Source: Ostrea edulis
Taxonomy: Eukaryota
Reading direction: 5' to 3'
Assembly: GCF_947568905.1 (NCBI RefSeq)
Contig: NC_079170.1
Coordinates: forward strand, 36,208,001 to 36,272,000
DNA length: 64,000 nt
Shown: piece by piece, positions 10,084 through 21,278 of the stretch
Layout: the number at the start of each line of letters is the position of its first letter
Numbering within the stretch: position 1 is the stretch's first letter
Made by a program: the position numbers and the translations under genes
Notes under the pieces: model-generated
The model's input: the letters and a program-made list of their open reading frames with translations, nothing else
Database searches by the model: none
What the model was told of the DNA's origin: nothing

Positions 10084-12280
10084 TCAACCGCGTAGAATGA
10101 TCTTGTCGAGGTAACAGTTTAGGGAAGTAAATACTACTGTACAAGAAATAAATGTCATACTGGTTTTTGTGGCAACAGTCGTGGGAACCGATGAGTCTGG
10201 TGATGGAGCATTTTTTCCTCCAGAGAGTCCTTGAATAAAATGTTTCCACATTATTTATAATACAACACTAACAAACAAATGGTGCTATGAATTCGAACAT
10301 TACTATACACATCAATACATTTTAGTATATAACATATTTACCATCTCCTTCAAAGTTTCCACAGGTAGGAAAACCGTTCGGGACAGCCGGCAGGTGAGGA
10401 AAGGACTCGTTTAGAAGTATGCTCATCCCGTCTGCTGAGTGAAGCTGGATGTGACAATGCATGATCCACAATCCTGGATTATCTGCCTTGATTCTCACCA
10501 CCACGTAGCCACCGCTAGGGACGATAACCGTGTCTTTGTGTGGAGGATCCACCAGATTAAGACCAGATATGTTTCCATTCCTCCATGACGGATCACTCCA
10601 CGTAGCGTTATTGCAGAAACTCTGATCTTGGGTGGTTCCACCTCCACAATCTATGTCTGTGTTCTGTGAAATGAAATCTCCAGTTGAAGTATTATAATTA
10701 CCATACCCCATCTTTAGAACTTGAAAACTGTGACCGTGCATGTGAACTGGATGAGACCAACCCTTTCCTCTTCCCATGTTCACAAACACAAACTGAATGG
10801 TGTCGTTGTGGTTTAGGTCTATACTATGTGTACAAGAACATATCTTCTGCTCTCCACAGTCAACTTTTGAGCACTGATCTGTTAACTCAGTTGGCTGAGA
10901 TAGAGCCGACACAGTTGGAAATGCAAATCCTACACCGTTAATAGAATCAGGGGTAAAATCTGGTCCCGGAAAGGCAAAGTTCAGGAAATATTCATGAAAT
11001 GTTCCGGATTTAACACTTGGTACCTCATTAGGAGAATCACTTCTGACATTATCCAATGTTATGCACTCGATATTTTGCTCCTTCGGATAAAACGAAAAGG
11101 GGCAATTCAAGGCCAAACATTTATCAGACGGAAGACATTGTTTTCTCGTGGAAAATATATTTACGTAATTCCCATTCCCTCCCTTGTAATGCAAAATAGC
11201 CTCTGCAATGGTGCGCCTGTTGACCTCTAATGTATGTCCTCTAATCATGTAGTTTCCGATGGATTCGTTAGCATGAATGATAAAGTCGAACCTCTCTCCT
11301 GGATGTATAATCACTGATTCTACAACTACTGGTTTTATGTAATAGCCATCAGTGGCAATAACTGTCAAAGGATGGCTGTCTATGGAGATTCTATATGGAT
11401 ACATCGCTGCAGCGTTTATCACGCGAAATCTGTAGCGTTTGTGGCGATGAACTTCGAACACCTCTAGAGGAGCCTCGTTATGTGCTTTGGTGATAGGGTC
11501 GTTATATCTTCCTTTGCCGTTTATAAGACCTGATTCAGCGTACCACAAACTAAATTTCGAACCATCCAACGCCATCGATGGTTTGATTTCTTTTCTGTTA
11601 ATAAAAACACCGGCATCAGAATAAAGAAATGCTTGGTCGACATCATAATCATGATTCCAGTCCTGAATCTGCATCACAAACTCTTCAGCCACTCCATGGA
11701 CAATGTGTGGTGGATGGCGCTCTTTGATAATCAGTGCACCGTACAAGCCCTTTGTTCTCTGTGCTCCAACATGGGAATGATACCAATATGTACCACTCGG
11801 TCTAGCTTTGAAGGTGTATGTAAAAGTTTGTCCTGGATTGATAGGGCACTGTGTCACAAATCCGACCCCGTCCATATAGGGTGTGTCTTTCTGTGGAAGG
11901 CCGTGCCAATGAATGGAGACTGTGTCGGAATACAACTTATTCTTGACATGAACTTTTAAGGTTTGACCCTCGTACACGGTAATTGTCGGTCCTGGTAGAG
12001 TGCCGTTTGCGACGATGACAACTCTTTGCATTTCCCAGCCGTCCGCTGTAATTACTTCATCAACATCTATTGGTGTAGCAGAACTTGTGTTAGTGACGTC
12101 ATAACGGTACAGACGGCCATCGTTAGAAAACACGGCCTTTTCTGTTTCGTGGAACATGGTGAGCGAAGTGGCTATCTCTAAAGACGTTTCACAGATTAAC
12201 TCATGCTCGTTGCAGACAAAAGCTGACCCATTCTTGAGCAGCACAAGAAAGTAGACAACAATACCATATATGGAATACAT
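10084..12280 (-). CDS. Laccase-type multicopper oxidase, paralogue A (coding exons 12280-10342 and 10229-10084)
   Basis: Signal peptide. Cu motifs HWHG, GTYWYHSH, HPVHMHGH and HCHIQLHSADGM are intact. ATG directly follows a CTCTTCAG acceptor. Phase-1 donor G|GTAAAT at 10342/10341; acceptor TTTTATTCAAG|GA at 10230/10229 gives GLSGGKNAPSPDSSVPTTVATKTSMTFISCTVVFTSLNCYLDKIILRG*. Confidence 0.93.
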
Positions 12281-15200
12281 CTGAAGAGATATAATTTGTT
12301 TCTCTTAAAATATTATTGGTGATTTTTTTTTTTCATTATCGAAGCATCTTTGATTTTATAAAAAAAAAAATATTCAACTGCAGATAAATACAAGAAAAAG
12401 AATCCTAACGCAATCTTATCAAAAGGTTTTGAATTTTAACTTATACGAATATCACAGCTTGCAATACTTATTTATGAAGACGTTGACAAAGGTAGATAAT
12501 CACAGTTTTAGGGACATTTTTGAAAATAGATAAAAGAAATATGATAATTAGATCTTGCAACTTTTAAAGTAAAAACAGTGAAAAGAATAATATAATATGA
12601 ATTCGGACAAAACGGCGAGAACATGATGGTGAATATAAACTTTACTCCAAATCTCTAACGGCTACAGGACAATCCCACCATGATGAGGACATTTCTTTAC
12701 TTAAATACACGTACACATGTGCACTGTGACGTAACTAGTAATTATCCAATTCTTAATGACTTTTGTAATTTTCGAAAATGATTTCAAACATGTACGGACT
12801 GAATAGAAACAGTTGTATTTGCAATTATTGTTACATCACTCTGAACATTTGTTTTTATTCTTTATGTTGAAATGTAGACTTTTCGTAGTTAGTATCCGTG
12901 TACATATGTATTTGAAATTTAATTCAATACGAACTAAACTTGCGCGTTTCTTGGAAATATTCAAATTTCATTTCTTTTGAAAATTTCTCTATCGTACTAA
13001 TTAAATATCTATCAAAGTAAAGTAAAGTTAACGTCTGGGCTTTCAATAGAAATCATTTTAGACATGTAATATGTTGTTAATGGTTTATTAAAATAGATTT
13101 GATTGGTTAGGTTAAGTGTCAAACGTTAGCTTTCTTGGGTCTCTAAATAATTATAGTATTATTATCATTATTATTTCACTGTCAGTAATCGATTGTAGCA
13201 TTCGCAGTATCCGTTTTTAGAAATTCCTTACTGGTGTTTAGCTGTTCCTTTATGAGTCCGTGACTGGTTACCTATACCTGTTCTAGTTTACTGTAAGGTA
13301 CCTGGCGTGTTTCTGAATATGAATCAACGTAACATTCACCTACATGTAGTTTCCCCCGTCAACATATACACAATTTAGATATACGAGCCGTATCTTATCA
13401 GAGAAAACATAAACATGTTTGACAATATCAATTAAAACTTTGAAGGTTTAGCAGGTAATTACACAAGTTAGAATTAAATGTACAAAAGCTATATTTTCCC
13501 TGTCAATTTTTTTTTAAATAAAGTATCAATATTACGGTATTCTACAAATAAAATGAAACAAAAAGGAAAGTCATCAGTTCATTAATTGATAATATCTCCA
13601 TCCAGCGAGTCTAGGGATAAAAAAAAATCTAGGTTAATAGTTCATTCACTTTTGATGTTTTAACATCGACGGCCGTCGAAGAAGCAGTTATTCTAAACAG
13701 TCTGTCTGCAAACTTGCGGTATGTAAATGACCTTTTTGCGTTTTCAAGACTTGTTTTAGGCTTGTGCAAGTTGTCTATTCAGACTCATCTTTAATGATAC
13801 AATTTTTAAATACCTGTCGATAATTTACTTATTTATTTATCTATCTATGGTGGGTTTTTTTCAGGAAAACAATAAAGTTTACGTAGGCCACATTTTTGTG
13901 TGTGCGTTTTTACTGTTCTGATTCGTTTTCTTTCTTTTTTTGCCTTTTCGATCGTAATTATTAAATCTTTTATGCATATTACATGTATGTAGGTTTTAAT
14001 TTTCATGATTGTTGAAGTTTGTCAATGAACAGATGAAGATAACGAACAGATATTAATCTCATAATTTAATTTGAAGTAATTCAAGTAATGTTTACTACAT
14101 TTAGCGTCATACATAATATTATTATTATCATCATTAATGATGATAATTATACTGTATAACATATACTAAATATTAAGCAAGCTGATTGAAATTTTAGAAT
14201 ACATTTTTTCCCGGCACATATCTATATTCATAAATTGTAACCGGGAATCTCTTTCCACCTCCTTACCTTGTCAGGATTGAACCCGAAATGTCAGTGATTT
14301 GGAAACCTTATGAAATATCCGTTATATTTATACAGTACCTCGAGTACGGATTGGCCGGGGGACATATTCATGTTCCCAGGTGATAGACACAGGATCATCT
14401 ATTTGTTTTGTAAGGGAACAGCGCATTATGGAAAGTCAAGTAGGTTTCATAAGAAATATCAGGCGATCTTTACTTTCGTTACAGGAATTTCAACAAAATC
14501 ACGTTTTGTAACAGGTATCCAGCGGAGTCATTGCTGTTTATATATCAAAATAAAGGTTTAATTTGACATTATGTTATCTAATTGTCGAGTTCAATCGATT
14601 TTATATTCCATTAAATATTCGTATACAAGGTGCCTGCACATGCTCCATCAGGTTGTATATCAACTTCTTATGAATTTAATTTTCATAGTTTCCAAATTTT
14701 TGTAAACTGTTTTAGAGTTGTTACATCATACATTGTACACTTTTGGACTTATTAAAAAAACAAAATCATTACCATATTTAGTATTATTATCATTGTTACA
14801 ATGTATAATCATTATTACTAACATTATATGTTATGTTCACATCAATTGATAATTTTTCAAGACTAAAAAGATTGCACAATTCCAGAAACAAGTTAAAAAC
14901 CACCCCTAACAAAAGAATCACATTCTTCTCATCAAGAACGAATGAAACTTTTCCAGCTGCTCAACTCCGAATAAATGAAATTGCTGAATATTTTGAAATC
15001 ACTTTTATAATAATTTATCCAAATTATTGGAAACTAATATTTGCATCTTTTTTCTGTAGAATTAGACATATGCTGTGTTTAAAAGGTTGTTCTCATTTCA
15101 GATTAAACAAGGTTGTTAACTATAATCTGAATTTTGATAATTGTATGTGTATCAATTCAATGATCTTGTAGTTTATCGAAAATTCTATACTATTTTATCG

Positions 15201-15714
15201 CTGTATGATTTAACACGCGCAAATATAACAAAAGAATATAGACATAATTTCCCTTTGATGCATGGTATGTTTAACAAATGCAATTTTAGACAGCAAAATT
15301 ATTGAAAAAAGAATTAAACAAGTTAATGCAAACTAATTATGATATTTAGAAATGAAGAATTTATCAATGACATGTCCATGAACGATTAACAAATGCAATA
15401 GCATTCTATCTATGAGGTGAATATATTTGATTTACCGTACCTATACTGGATTCTAAAATTTCATACAAACACTTATAAACGATGATACACTGCAGGAGCC
15501 AGTAAATGTTCTACCACCCTTATCATTTTTTCCTCATAAAAATATTTAACTGCTGTGAAGGAGAAACTTCAGACACCATATGTGAGAAGTAGTGTAAATT
15601 GAATGCGGATTTTAAAAATTTCCACACAATTTTTTTAGTAAATTTGAAATAACAAATCAACAGCATCAAAACGTGCGACTTCTGAACATTTTCTTTACCA
15701 TTCCTCAGGACGTG

Positions 15715-15785
15715 AACATCCGGGTTAGAATAGGTCCTCAGTACTTTCTTGTCGCAATAGGCGATTAAATGTGGCGGTCATTCTG
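15715..15785 (+). mobile_element. Short 5' fragment of the SINE-like family seen at 16036
   Basis: ATCCGGGTTAGAATAGGTCCTCAGTAC..GTCGCAATAGGCGATTAAATGTGGCGGTC. Confidence 0.65.
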
Positions 15786-16035
15786 TCTATTCTCTGAAAA
15801 TGCACTATTTTCCCATCCCAGCACTATTTCATGCGAAATTAGTGTTGATATCTGAAACTAACTCCTACTTAATATTCATAAATATTTCTACCTAACCAAA
15901 AGACGGGGGCGTTCCAAGAATCTCTTAAAATTCCTCTTTGTTCTTGCGATAATGTGTGATAAACTATTTCTATAAACTGTTTTGGTGCAATAGAGTATAT
16001 ATATAATGGGTGCTTTAGGGAAATAGTTAATTCGA

Positions 16036-16285
16036 CGTGGGGATCCGGGTTAGAATAGGTCCTCAATACCCCTTGCTTGTCGTAAGAGGCAACAAGAAAG
16101 GACGGTCCTTCGGATGAGACCGTAAACAACCCAAGACCCAGTGACACAACAGGTGTGGCGCGATAAAGATCCCATCCTGTTCAAAGACCGCCAGATGCGA
16201 GCATAGGCCTAAATTTTGCAGCCCTTTACCGGCAATGGTGATGTCTCCATATAAGTGAAGAATTCTCGAGCGGGACGTTAAACAC
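16036..16285 (+). mobile_element. SINE-like repeat with a V-domain-like core
   Basis: ~250-bp unit with GGATGAGACC..AAAC..GATAAAGATCCC core; further copies at 28887, 36103 (-) and 57905. Family assignment is from memory. Confidence 0.7.
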
Positions 16286-16480
16286 ACGTCATTTCAGATA
16301 TAGGATCACCACGTCAAGAACACTCATGTAGTCACTAAGGCTGAAACACAGAAGTGGTGAAATAAAGCAATAAATGGCGAACTAGTACCTATATAACAAA
16401 TAATTAATAAAGAAAGTAAATACCAATTTATTGTCAATTTATACCTTTTAAGTAGGTCATTTCAAATATTTCTATAGATA

Positions 16481-16618
16481 GACAGGGGATGCTTACTCCT
16501 CCTAGGCACCTGATCCCACCTCTGGTGTGTCCAGGGGTCCGTGTTTGCCCAACTATCTATTTTGTATTGCTTATAGGAGTTATGAGATTGATCACTGTTC
16601 GTTATCTTCACCTTTCAT
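16481..16618 (+). mobile_element. Penelope-like element 3' module
   Basis: GACAGGGGATGCTTACTCCTCCTAGGCACCTGATCCCACCTCTGG..GTTATCTTCACCTTTCAT, near-identical to the 3' end of the RT-bearing copy. Confidence 0.85.
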
Positions 16619-17159
16619 AAAGTTGAATAAAATATATTTGTGAAAATGCACTCAGCATAATTGCATGTCAATGTGGATTTATTATCCTTAAATAAGTTGA
16701 ACACATTTTCAGTATAAATAAACAAGAAATGGAATATATAATGCACCGCATAAGCTAGAACCCCTGTACAACACAAGGTCGTTATTTGACTACTCCCACC
16801 CGGCTAGCTCATACCCCCATACTTTATACACAGTGCCTCTGAAATTGCACAAAACCTAATAAAAGCAAATTTGTTGCTAAATTTTATACCATTGATAGAA
16901 ATTGCCATGCTCGTTCAAATGATTTCACAATTAGGATGCCTTATAATTTTTGTATTACATTTACATTAACTTTTATCCTTGACTGAATTCGCTACAATTC
17001 TCGTGGAAAGTTTTTATTTAAGTAATTCCACCTTCCTTTAATGTCATCAGATTTTGCAAATTGAAAATCAATGATTTTTTTGTGTGTGTGCACATACTGG
17101 TACATCAGATATACATTAATATTATATCCAGAGAGAAAAAAAGAAACAAAGCATAAGCT

Positions 17160-17420
17160 GAAGGTATGTGTGATTTGAGAGAGAGAAAGAGAGCGAGAGA
17201 GAGGGGGTAAGAAAACAGAAGGTTCCATCGATTCCATTGGGCATCAAAACTTTTCCTTTTTACCGTTTTTATACGAAATAAATTTTTGTGTTTCATAAAA
17301 AAAAAATTATTTGAAATATTGCAGCACGAACACTCAAGGACTTCTCAGTGCATCTTGCTGTGTGCACATAGTATTTAAGCCATAAGACAATATTGTTTTG
17401 TATCATACTATTATTTTCAG
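17160..17420 (-). repeat. Dispersed repeat, inverted homologue of ~27985-28240 and ~57003-57258
   Basis: Shared segments (TGCAAGATGCAC..GCAGCAATAT..AATGGAA.CGATGGAAC, then a CT-rich tract) in opposite orientation. Confidence 0.6.
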
Positions 17421-17939
17421 TAAAACCAAGAATAAAATATTTTTCTGTAGTAGCTACAGTGTATCTGTAAATCAGTCTTATCTTCCAGAAAATGCTCAAA
17501 TTCTGCTAGGAAAAATTGTATAAAATCACATTCCCACAAAATATGTCCTATTGTTTACTCTTCAGGATTGACAATGATTGCAGTACTTTGAGTCAATTTT
17601 TTTAAATTTTGATTAAAAAAGAGTTTGTAGCCAAGATCAATGATTTATTAAGATTTATACGTGATAGGAACATAAATTGTGTTAGTGTAATTTTTGATAA
17701 TTATTGAAAAAAGATCTTGTTAAATAGAAAATATTTGAAAACTCCAAGTTATAATATGATCGATTGATTGTTTTGATGTTTTCCATAATCAATGATATGT
17801 TTCAAAATATTGAATTCAAGGGCAATAACTCTGTTTTTGTTTATGTATTTATTAAATCCATTGTGCGATATATTTGTTTTATTTTTCACAGACATTTTAT
17901 ATCTTTTGATAAAGAAATAGTTTCATAAAATTGTTATGA

Positions 17940-18045
17940 ATGAAAGGTGAAGATAACGAGCAGTGATCAATATAATAACTCCCATAAGCAATACAAAATA
18001 GATAGTTAGGCAAACACGGACCCCTGGACACGCCAGAGTTGGGAT
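17940..18045 (-). mobile_element. Penelope-like element 3' module
   Basis: ATGAAAGGTGAAGATAACGAGCAGTGATCAAT..CAAACACGGACCCCTGGACACGCCAGAG. Confidence 0.8.
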
Positions 18046-18217
18046 ATTGGTGGAATACTATGATATCGTTACAACCAGTTCTTGTAAAATGTTGATAACG
18101 CTGGTGTGCAATTTTCGAATGTTGATATATGTATGTACGATTCTGTTTCTGTATGTCTCGCATCTTAAAAAGTGCGATGACCTATATATCTTATTTGATA
18201 ATTTATCATTTGGTTGA

Positions 18218-18261
18218 GCATCACTGAAGAGACATTATTTGTCGAAATGCGCATCTGGTGC
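18218..18261 (+). ncRNA. Minimal type I hammerhead ribozyme
   Basis: Stem I GCAUCA/UGGUGC; core CUGAAGA; stem II GAC-AUUAUUU-GUC; GAAA; palindromic stem III AUGCGCAU; C17 at 18255. Confidence 0.8.
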
Positions 18262-18567
18262 ATCAAAATTGGTACCGTATGAGTTTTACATTATGACCCC
18301 TGGGTCGAGGCCTCTGCTGGTGGACTGTTAGTCCCCGAGGGTCTCTACAGCCCAGTAGCTAAGTACTTCGTTACTAGCTTGAAAATACGGATGTATATTC
18401 AACTGCTGTTATAAAATTTAGAAATTCATTTCAAAATTAAGGATTATCTCCCTCTTGCATAGCTCTTATCCTTGGACGAATTTGGCTTCACTTTTTGGCA
18501 CGCTGTTTTTGGCTATATTTAGATCTAAAACTTCATAGTTATTTCGGATTTCAAACATTTCGGTTGA

Positions 18568-18611
18568 GCATCACTGAAGAGACATTATTTGTCGAAATGC
18601 GCATCTGGTGC
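18568..18611 (+). ncRNA. Minimal type I hammerhead ribozyme
   Basis: Same 44-nt motif as 18218-18261. Confidence 0.8.
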
Positions 18612-18691
18612 ATCAAAATTGGTACCGTATAAGTTTTACATTTAGCTCTAAAACTTCATAGTTATCTCGGATTTTAAAACATTTCGGTTGA

Positions 18692-18735
18692 GCATCACTG
18701 AAGAGACATTATTTGTCGAAATGCGCATCTGGTGC
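18692..18735 (+). ncRNA. Minimal type I hammerhead ribozyme
   Basis: Same 44-nt motif as 18218-18261. Confidence 0.8.
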
Positions 18736-19796
18736 ATCAAAATTGGTACCGTATGAGTTTTACATTGTAACCCTAATGAATGGAAATAAATACACTTTGT
18801 ATACTTTTTATCAGATAAAAATGCGAGTATGGAGTTACCTTAAGGATGCAAGACTGTGAATACGCTCAGGACTTAATGAGAAAAGTGCTGCGAATGCACA
18901 TATACTCCAAAGTTGCGTATACTGAAATCTGCAGAATCATAGATACATTCGAGGAGTCAACAACAAATGACCGTAAGTAGCAATTTTTCTACTCTTTCAC
19001 GATTTCTCATTTTTAATCAGACTTTTAGAAAATCGTGTCCGATAATCATCATTTATATTTTGTGCGTACATTTTAAATTTCTTAATCTATTGATTATGAC
19101 AAATCAATTTTATACAATGCTTTTACAATATACATGTAGTCATAACCATTAACTTGTGTTAAAAGCATTCATATTCCTCAAGATTTAAATTATTGCTCGT
19201 CGAAGTTGGCGCGTTCACACAACGTTCTGAAGAGTGCTCTTGCGAGTGGCATGGCTGATGAAATAGATAGACTATTCAAATGTGAAACAATACAATAACA
19301 CTAATGAACGAGTTTTTAAAATATATAAAAATTCATTTATTCCTACACACATATTTCCAAACATCTCCTTTGCAAAGTTGCTTTAAATTCATAAATTGAC
19401 CTACATTAAGAAAAGTTCACCTATATATGTAACACAGCTCTGAATCTAGTGTTAGGAAATATTCTAATTGCATCAATACTGCTGATACAGCTCTTCTGCT
19501 TCCAAATCTTCCGAAGATTATGCCAACACGTGATCTTAACAGTGCTATATCGTACACCTTTTAATTCTTAATTCTTTAAATACTTTAAATTGACTGCAAT
19601 GAATCCTTCGACGTTACTGTATATATTGATAGGGGAAACAACTATTATAATTCAAGAAAAAAATTATAATTTGAATTATTCAATACGATTGGTGATATAA
19701 TTGATATGTGACTTGATAGTCTAATTGTCTGAAAAACCTTACATTACATTAACATTGTTCTACTGGGTTGAAATTTTGATGCTTTGTTTTACGATA

Positions 19797-19962
19797 ATGA
19801 AAGGTGAAGATAACGAACAGTGATCAATCTCATAACTCCTATAAGCATTACAAAATCGAGAGTTGGGTACACACGAACCCCTGGATAAACCAGAGGTGGG
19901 ATCAGGTGCCTAGGAGGAGTTAGCATCCCCTGTCGAGCGGTTACACCCGCCGTAAGCCCTAT
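19797..19962 (-). mobile_element. Penelope-like element 3' module
   Basis: ATGAAAGGTGAAGATAACGAACAGTG..GATCAGGTGCCTAGGAGGAGTTAGCATCCCCTGTCGAGCGGTTACACCCGCCGT; duplicate at ~48799-48964. Confidence 0.85.
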
Positions 19963-20179
19963 GTTTTGGTAATAAATTTCGATACAGCAATAATGATAGC
20001 AGAAAATGATATTATGGGAATATTTTCAAAACAATACTCTCATTTACCATGGAAAATAGTTTTTATACTTTAACTTATTTGGGAAAAAATCGTGAATATC
20101 TTTGATAATTAATATTTTAAAACAATTATCCTTAAAAGAATGAATACAGACATACAGCTACAAATCTTCAGGGTAACTT

Positions 20180-20410
20180 TAGTGGTTAGCATGTTTGTTT
20201 CGGGCTTGGAAGGCCGCGAGTTTAAGCCCCGTCGTCACCGCGTCAACCCTAAAACGGTGCAATATATAGTGACTGTTTCTCGCCAAACACTCGGCACTAA
20301 AAATTGAGAGTCTCGAGTCTTTTCTTGTGACCTTTAAAACAGTGGTATCTTTCCGGTTCAGGCGTTGATATGTTATAGAACGTTTAGTACTATGGCACTG
20401 AGCGCCAAGC
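20180..20410 (+). mobile_element. tRNA-derived SINE (degenerate)
   Basis: A-box-like TAGTGGTTAGC and B-box-like GAGTTTAAGCCCC, then a TAGTGACTG..TCGCCAAACACTCGGCA core; duplicate at ~49183-49413. Confidence 0.55.
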
Positions 20411-20775
20411 GTGTGTTTGAAATTTTGGTTATCAGCCTCTAATGACGTCTTAATATGTGCTAAAAATATCCTCGAAGGGACATAAAGCAAAGAGTAAACA
20501 CATTTACTAATTCTATGATAGTAAGAAGACTTGATATACCTTTTTCGTATCAAAGAAAGAATATGGTGCATACCAATTAAAGAACATTCACTTGTGGCTA
20601 CTCATTTTTAACTATATTGATTACTTTTCATAGTGATTAAACGGTAATGCAATAAAACTAAAGACTGCTTTGGAAAAAAATGTGCTTAGGTTTGAATTTC
20701 GAATGCGGATTACAATTTGTGAAAACATCTACTATCTGCCCCAAAGCACATCTTGTGGAATTACTCGTACATGAT

Positions 20776-20913
20776 ACAGGGAATGCTTACTCCTCCTAGG
20801 CACCTGATCCCACCCCTGATATACCCAGGGGCCCGTGTTTGCATTTACTTTTAGTTACGTAATTCTTTATAGGATTCCTGAGATTAAACACAGGTCGTTA
20901 CTTTCACTTTTTC
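20776..20913 (+). mobile_element. Penelope-like element 3' module, ~370 bp upstream of the lacB ATG
   Basis: ACAGGGAATGCTTACTCCTCCTAGGCACCTGATCCCACC..; duplicate at ~49779-49916. Confidence 0.8.
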
Positions 20914-21278
20914 TATGACCATTGTTCGGTATATTTACTTTTACATTGTTCACTGCTCGCTATCTTCACTTTTTCCCATATATTAGAGTTCTCTTTCAAT
21001 ATTCAATGGCATAAAATATAACCGTTTTTATTTGGAGAATATGCGAATCCCTAAATTCTGCTTTTAGAGGACGTATGCACAGTTTAAGACAATATTGCAC
21101 GCGCAATAAAATTGTCATGAATGAAAATTGCATGCAGTATGGTGCTTTTCTGTATTCATGCAGCATAGCAAATTTTCTCGGGTAACCTTAACTAGCTTTT
21201 AAAAGTAAAAGGCAATGTTGAATGATGTAAAAAGATAAGTGTTTTATAAACATTTCATACTTATCAATATAATTTCAG

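Larger units (their letters stand above)
18209..18766 (+). mobile_element. Second Penelope-like repeat family: ~350-bp unit plus partial tandem copies, each with a hammerhead motif
   Basis: GGTTGAGCATCACTGAAGAGACATTATTTGTCGAAATGCGCATCTGGTGCATCAAAATTGGTACCGT occurs three times, spaced 350 and 124 bp; inverted copies at 28372 and 57390. Confidence 0.75.
17625..18843 (-). mobile_element. TTAA-flanked DNA transposon, copy 2 (inverted), interrupted by Penelope-derived insertions
   Basis: Terminus TATCAGATAAAAATGCGAGTATGGAGTTACC|TTAA at ~18810-18843; internal homology to 5955-6195 at 17625-17895. Confidence 0.55.

Noticed and set aside
10684-11959. Antisense ORFs overlapping the laccases (also 21630-22980, 33950-34252 and duplicates)
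   Set aside because: They are shadow ORFs of the laccase coding strand; their similarity to each other only reflects laccase paralogy.
16036-16110. HDV-like ribozyme at the 5' end of the SINE-like repeat
   Set aside because: A P3/L3-like GGU-CCUCA(G/A)U-ACC, a weak 6-bp P1 and a P4 plus CUAA can be drawn, but no P2 pairing or GG for P1.1 was found by hand. An RNArobo/Infernal search would settle it.
5701-18843. One 13-kb transposon bounded by the two inverted TTAA termini and carrying lacA
   Set aside because: Both termini are followed by the same internal sequence, so they are the same end of two separate inverted copies, not the left and right ends of one element. They could still act together as a composite, which was not testable here.
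20179-20571. 130-aa ORF duplicated at 49182-49574
   Set aside because: It is antisense to a degenerate SINE, and its conservation is explained by the segmental duplication.
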